Part shown: one piece after another, positions 57,464 to 64,000 of the stretch
Numbering within the stretch: position 1 is the first letter of the stretch
How the letters are laid out: each line of letters opens with the position of its first letter
Assembly: GCA_002269645.1 (NCBI GenBank)
Contig: NIVC01000136.1
Coordinates: 186,001 to 250,000 of the forward strand
Length of the DNA: 64,000 nucleotides
Source of the DNA: Macrostomum lignano
Taxonomy: Eukaryota
Direction of reading: 5' to 3'
The notes under the pieces: generated by a model
What the model was told of the DNA's origin: nothing
Databases searched by the model: none
The model's input: only the letters and a program-made list of their open reading frames with translations
Made by a program: the position numbers and the translations under genes

Positions 57464-59047
57464 GTGAGCGGCTTTTTTCATCGATTTTTCATATTACGTC
57501 TCAGGAATGGAAGCAGATCTTGTGCACTTATTAGCAGAAGGCTAGGTGACTCATTCTAAGTGAATGATGGAATGCATTCAATTGATGGAGGGGGTTGAAG
57601 TATTGCTCAGCTGGATAAAATGTTCAGTTAACGTTGCGTCATAAGCTGGGTAATGCTCAATCGTGTATTGGCGTTGTCAGGTCTTGTGCGGCTTCAGTAA
57701 AACCTTATTTTCATGGAGTGCACTGAAAAGATGAGACCATCGGTTCTTTCATTCTTAGTTCGAGGAGAGACCTGAGTACATGCTTCCCTCTGATTTCGGG
57801 AGAAACAGGAATATTGAGCTGCATGTTTTTTTCAATGAAATCCAAATGTGGGGTCTGGCCTGTTGAGTGCTCTTGCACTTGGTCGTTGGAGTTGTTTTTG
57901 CGTGCGCCCCATCCCTGGACCAGTTCTGGCTGGTCAGTGGGGGAGTCGCTCGGCCCCGCTTCAGTCTTCTCCGCGGCGGCCACTGATTGGCTGGGCTTGT
58001 GTTTTTGTGTTTTTCTTTTCTCTCTACCCGCGGTGGCCTCTGATTAGCTGGGCCTGAGAGCTTGTGTTTTTCGCTCTAGCCCTTATTCAATGAGATCTGC
58101 TCGGCGGGCACGCTGATTGGCTGAGAAGTAGTTTTTTGTTTGGCGTCTTTCTCTCACGCTGTCTGCCTCTCTGCCCCGTTTAAGTGGTATAAATTGTTCT
58201 CCAGCCTGGCCCAGCCAGCTCCCTCGCCCCGCGCCCCGCGCATAATTCTCCAAACTAAACTAGCGATACTCAAGCGAGCCGTGAAGACGGTCTCTTACTG
58301 CGACGACTCAGCTAATTGCGAGTAAATAAAGCAGTCAGGTGGTAGATATATTCGAACAAGCTTCACAGCTTCTGGCACCGGTAAGACGCCGAGTTCATTC
58401 GCTTCTTTAGCTTTTCTGAGGATTTTTCGTAGCAGTGATTCCATAGCTAGAGCGTCATCACGCCTGCGACTGTGACCACTGCAGCACAGCAGCGTTGTAT
58501 ATTGTGTATTATTGTAGTACTGTACCGGTTACTTTATATAGTGTGTACACCCTACAGTATCGAAACTAGAAGCATTCGAGAGTGTTACCACACCTCGAGC
58601 CGCAGCATGAATGCTGAGTGTCACAACACCAAACGGATCGACCTATTATCGCAGAGCGTCGTCATATCTGCTCGTATCCATAAAAGTACAAGACAGAGCG
58701 TCACTACGCCTGTTATTTTACGTATAACCTATTGTACTCCGGACTGGGCACTCAAACTGACCCGGGTTACGACACAAAGTATTGCTAAGGAGTTTTGTTG
58801 TTTAAGATTCGCTAGTGGCTGATTTAGTATATGTAGCTCGCAGACCAACCAAGCATCAAGCACAGCTGCTACAGTGACCCGATTGTGCAAGAAACAATGC
58901 CGAGTTGCTGCATGCATGCATAAATCTGCAGACAGACTCATCGTAGGCATCACAGGGATACTCGTAGAGTCTGTTTGAGGTTGATGGCGAAGATCTGCAG
59001 GTTGGCGAGACGGCGAGAGCTGCAGCTGTCTTGATGCACAGTTTTGT

Positions 59048-59185
59048 GCCGACTGCTTTACTCTGGTTGCTGTCATCTGTTTGCGCTTGTGCCAATCATG
59101 AGCAGCGCTCTCATGCCGACTGCTTTACCCTGGTTGCTGTCATCTGTTTGCGCTTGTGCCAATCATGAGCAGCGCTCTCACGCCG
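59048..59185. repeat. 67-bp tandem duplication (two copies)
   Basis: gccgactgcttta...gcagcgctctca repeated at 59048 and 59115. Confidence 0.85.
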
Positions 59186-59434
59186 ACGCGCTCCTTTGTG
59201 GGTGAACCCAAATTATTCCTGTCAAAGCGCGCTCGTGTCCCAAAAAATACTCAGAAGATGCGTTTCAGTATTCTGCCCGTTCGACCCTGCAAGTATGAGT
59301 TAGGATATTGCATTTTTTTTCATACGAACGCCACCTTGAATTTTCCTTATAAACCTAAAGAAGATTGAAGGGCAACATTTGCACGAAAGGGGATGCAACC
59401 CTACAACCCTGCAAAAGCAACAGCTCGAATTTAA

Positions 59435-59885
59435 AGTGTATACATGTATGGCATTAAAATGCAAACAGCGATGCAAGAAAATAAGAAAAATCCGTCTGTG
59501 GTCGCCACTTTTGAGATTGCAGGTGAGGTCTCTCAAAATTTTGGAGTGACGCAACTTACTCGTAGTTACGCCGCGGCAGACTTTAGTTGAGGAATGAAGT
59601 GGGGATTGGTGTGCGAGGGTTGGACGGATTAAAGCTATCCAGATCAGTTTTCTCGAATCTTTCCTCGTAAATTGCTCACTGGCGTATAGAGTGGCGACTT
59701 TTCAATGTTGCTGAGTATGTAATTTTTAAAGAAAAAACTGAGCACAACTAAAAGCGCTGCATAAACTGAGCGTGACGCAAATAAATGGGCGACGGCGCAG
59801 AAGCTAAGGCCCCCGCACCAGGACACCAGCTCATGCACGCAGAGCCAAGCACCCCCTCCCCCAAACAGCGCGGACAGATAATGGG
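59435..59885 (+). repeat. Old dispersed repeat homologous to 3580-3910 (inverted)
   Basis: See the 3580-3910 feature. Confidence 0.65.
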
Positions 59886-60312
59886 GAAGAGAGAACGCGT
59901 GCAAAGCGACACTGGCGGGGCAAAGGAGTAAAAACTGGTTAGGGACTTGTCTAAGCCATTCACAGACCAGCACATTACGGTATTCTCGCATACAATTCTA
60001 TATAGATAAGTGATGGCCCGGTCTTAGGTCTATTATTCAATGTTGAAACTCTGAGTTTTCAATGATAGGGCAGTCTGAGTTGAGGAGCAAAAAGGCCGTC
60101 CAACTGAAGCATCACCAGCTTTCAGGTTGGCTGCATCAGCAGAAGTCATTCGCGCATTAATCCAGATTTTCAGCACAAGACATGTCAAACGTTTTGCTAT
60201 ATAACCTTGTGCGTTGAAATATTTTCATGAACATCCGAATTTCGACTTACCTGACAGCAGCGGCGACAAGCCGAGCAGAAGTGACTCAGACTCAGCCGCT
60301 CTCCTCCCGCAG

Positions 60313-60728
60313 GTCTCTCTGCCATCCACTCGCTCAGCCAGGGCGGCGCCACCCTCAGAGTGGAGATGAAGCTGTGGAACGGCTCTGAGCTGCATGCGGA
60401 GTACGCGGGATTCCAGGTGGGAGACGCCAGCACTGAGTATCGGATGACGTACCGAGAGATGCTGAGAGACAGGTCCAGTGTCAGCTTTGACGCCTTGGAC
60501 CACCACAAAGTTATGCGGTTCTCCACGATGGACAGGGACAATGACATATGGGATGCTTCATGCTCAAACAGTTTTGGAAAAGGAGGCTGGTGGTTTAAAA
60601 GCTATCCCCACTTCAACCCTAACGGAATTTTTCCTTCAAAGGAGCCACGAGATATTAGCTATATGACCTGGTACACTGGCACTGGTTATCTGACTCTTCG
60701 TGAAGTGCGGCTGATGCTGCAGATTTGA
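60313..60728 (+). CDS. Copy C exon 3: FReD C-terminal part
   Basis: Phase-1 acceptor; FSTMDRDND..C..GGWWF; the three exons total 1845 nt (614 aa + stop). Confidence 0.92.
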
Positions 60729-61039
60729 GCAACAAAGTTGAGTAACCCAACAACGCATTCTTACGCTCGTGAAACTTTTGTCAAATCGGAGTTTTACTTA
60801 ATTGTTTTTTTGAAACAAATTAGCATGTCTATGCAATATGTAAATTCAAAACAATGCTTTCATAAATGTCTCTAATTGTAACTGTTTTAATTTTATTGAC
60901 AGAAACTGAAAACACTTTGCAAGTTTAAACCAAAACCTAAGCCTACTTTAAACCTAATTTATACCTAATTTATTAGAAGCAAACAGTTTTCAACAATAAA
61001 CTACGAGCGTAACAAGAAAAAGTTAGCAACTATTCTACC

Positions 61040-63180
61040 AATCGACTGTTCTATCAGTATTTTGCTGTCTGTTCTATCAAAGTATTGTGCTGTCTGTTCT
61101 ATCAGTATTGTGCTGTCTTTTCTATCAGTATTGTGCTGTCTGTTCTATCAGTATTGTGCTGTCTGTTCTATCAGTATTGTGCTGTCTGTTCTATCAAAGT
61201 ATTGTGCTGTCTGTTCTATCAGTATTGTGCTGTCTGTTCTATCAAAGTATTGTGCTGTCTGTTCTATCAGTATTGTGCTGTCTTTTCTATCGGTATTGTG
61301 CTGTCTGTTCTATCAGTATTGTGCTGTCTGTTCTATCAGTATTGTGCTGTCTGTTCTATCAGTATTGTGCTGTCTGTTCTATCAAAGTATTGTGCTGTCT
61401 GTTCTATCAGTATTGTGCTGTCTTTTCTATCAGTATTGTGCTGTCTGTTCTATCAGTATTGTGCTGTCTGTTCTATCGGTATTGTGCTGTCTGTTCTATC
61501 AGTATTGTGCTGTCTGTTCTATCAGTATTTTGCTGTCTGTTCTATCAAAGCATTGTGCTGTCTGTTCTATCAGTATTGTGCTGTCTTTTCTATCAGTATT
61601 GTGCTGTCTGTTCTATCAGTATTGTGCTGTCTGTTCTATCAGTATTGTGCTGTCTGTTCTGTCAGTATTGTGCTGTCTGTTCTATTAGTATTGTGCTGTC
61701 TGTTCTGTCAGTATTGTGCTGTCCGTTCTATCAGTATTGTGCTGTCTGTTCTGTCAGTATTGTGCTGTCTGTTCTATTAGTATTGTGCTGTGTGTTGTAT
61801 CAGTATTAAGCTGTCTGTTTTATCAGTATTGTGCAGTCTGTTATATCAGTATTGAGCTGTCTGTTTTATCAGTATCATGCTGTCTGTTCTATCAGTATTG
61901 AGCTGTCTGTTCTATCAGTATTGTGCTGTCTGTTCTATCAGTATTGTGCTGTCTGTTCTATCAGTATCGTGCTGTCTGTTCTATCAGTATTGTGCTGTCT
62001 GTTCTATCAGTATTGTGCTGTCTGTTCTATCCGTATTGTGCTGTCTGTTCTATCAGTATTGTGCTGTCTGTTCTATCAGTATTGTGCTGTCTGTTCTATC
62101 GGTATTGTGCTGTCCGTTCTATCAGTATTGTGCTGTCTGTTCTATCAGTATTGTGCTGTCTGTTCTATCCGTATTGTGCTGTCTGTTCTATCAGTATTGT
62201 GCTGTCTGTTCTATCCGTATTGTGCTGTCTGTTCTATCAGTATTGTGCTGTCTGTTCTATCAGTATTGTGCTGTCTGTTCTATCAGTATTGTGCTGTCTG
62301 CTGTATCAGAACTGTGCTGTCTGTTCTATCAGTATTGTGCTGTCTGCTGTATCAGAACTGTGCTGTCTGTTCTATCAGTATTGTGCTGTCTGTTCTATCA
62401 GTATTGTGCTGTCTGTTCTATCAGTATTGTGCTGTCTGTTCTATCAGTATTGTGCTGTCCGTTCTATCAGTATTGTGCTGTCTGTTCTGTCAGTATTGTG
62501 CTGTCTGTTCTATTAGTATTGTGCTGTGTGTTGTATCCGTATTAAGCTGTCTGTTTTATCAGTATTGTGCGGTCTGTTCTATCAGTATTGTGCTGTCTGT
62601 TCTATCAGTATTGTGCTGTCTGTTCTATCAGTATTGTGCTGTCTGTTCTATCAGTATTGTGCTGTCTGTTCTATCAGTATTGTGCTGTCTGTTCTATCAG
62701 TATTGTGCTGTCTGCTGTATCAGAACTGTGCTGTCTGTTCTATCAGTATTGTGCTGTCTGTTCTATCAGTATCGTGCTGTCTGTTCTATCAGTATTGTGC
62801 TGTCTGTTCTGTCAGTATTGTGCTGTCCGTTCTATCAGTATTGTGCTGTCTGTTCTGTCAGTATTGTGCTGTCTGTTCTATTAGTATTGTGCTGTGTGTT
62901 GTATCAGTATTAAGCTGTCTGTTTTATCAGTATTGTGCTGTCTGTTCTATCAGTATTGTGCAGTCTGTTCTATCAGTATTGTGCTGTCTGTTCTATCGGT
63001 ATTGTGCTGTCTGTTCTATCAGTATTGTGCTGTCTGTTCTATCAGTATTGTGTTGTCTGTTCTATCAGTATTGTGCTGTCTGTTCTATCAGTATTGTGCT
63101 GTCTGTTCTATCAGTATTGTGCTGTCTGCTGTATCAGAACTGTGCTGTCTGTTCTATCAGTATTGTGCTGTCTGCTGTAT
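61040..63180. repeat. 23-bp satellite, ~90 units
   Basis: Direct reading. Confidence 0.97.
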
Positions 63181-63252
63181 TAGTAGTTATGGTAAACAAG
63201 CCGGCAGCCGATAGACTGCGAGGCGAGAAACGAATGTGCCAAGCGCACTGTC

Positions 63253-64000
63253 TTAATTGTAAGCGAGCAACAATAGCAGCAACCCGAACTCCAGAGTTAA
63301 AACACACACAACGTACACTGAAGTTACATGCATGCACGGAGGTAAAATGACAAACGCAACTGCATGGAATAAAAGCTCAAATACGAGTACGAATAGAAGC
63401 TCGTGTGGCTCCCGCCGGCCGCTGGTCAGGGGCGCCGCCATTGGCTCCAGATCAGGAAGTTGCTCGACCATGGCGCTAGGAAGCTGCTCGGGCAACTCCG
63501 CCTTAGGTTCGGCCCCCTCAAGCGACCCAGGCGCACTCGGCCGGCCAGTCCACTGATTCGAGTGCGCAAGCCGCAGGCCGCCCTCCGATTGGTCCGCAGG
63601 GGCTGCCAGCGTTGTGTTCTGGTCGTGCTGCACCACGAACTTGGCCGAAACCGGAGAGGATCCCAGACGCATCCTCAGCCAGATTGGGTCACCCACCTGC
63701 TCAGTCATGGTTACCGGTTGGCGAAGGCGATGACCGCACATCAGAATGTCCGGAGATGCCGCTCGATTTCCACTGGGCCGGCTGGTCCTGATCGTCAGCA
63801 GCAGTTTCTGCAGGAAGTGGTCGAACGGCACCATTTTTGTCCACGCCTTGAATCCATCCTTGATGATCCTCACTAGCGTTGCTGCCTGACCCTTCGAGGC
63901 CGGATAGAACGGCGGAGTGTCCAGCTCCTGGCACCCGATGATGCGCAGCCACTGGGTCATTTTTTCCGACTTGAACTCCGGCGCATTGTCCGACACCAGC
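63253..64000 (-). pseudogene. Gypsy integrase core/C-terminal fragment, continuing beyond the window
   Basis: VSDNAPEFKS..TPPFYPASKGQAA (catalytic E lost)..LLTIRTS..SPDILMCGHRLR. Confidence 0.85.

Overview
Repeat-dense eukaryotic genomic DNA, probably an invertebrate metazoan: GT-AG introns, poly-Q/poly-P proteins, many satellites. The style is Macrostomum-like, but that host assignment is inference only. The main host content is a tandem array of three diverged copies (A ~27.9 kb, B ~37-42 kb, C ~55.7-60.7 kb) of a three-exon secreted gene: signal peptide + an unrecognised domain repeated twice + C-terminal fibrinogen-related domain (FReD). C splices to an intact ~614-aa ORF. B has one frameshift and a LINE in intron 2. 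A is a truncated pseudogene. B and C share a promoter and a downstream 23-bp satellite. Other host-type coding sequence: a 2-TM single-exon gene (21.0-22.2 kb, +), a coiled-coil terminal exon (24.1-25.4 kb, -) and an acidic/Pro-rich two-exon gene end (7.9-9.7 kb, -). Mobile DNA: a 3'-truncated Gypsy element with a triplicated LTR-end/tRNA-Leu PBS and a -1 frameshift signal; a second Gypsy element split by a solo LTR with a 4-bp TSD; a decayed THAP/P-type transposon split by another LTR-like insert; a near full-length Loa-type RNase H LINE; a 5'-truncated Ingi/I-type LINE with a 12-bp TSD; two SINE copies whose tail hairpin matches the Loa LINE 3' end; two more Gypsy fragments; and an isolated Polinton/Maverick-like fragment encoding a minor capsid (penton) protein. 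About ten tandem-repeat arrays are present. No rRNA, intact tRNA gene or CRISPR array was found.
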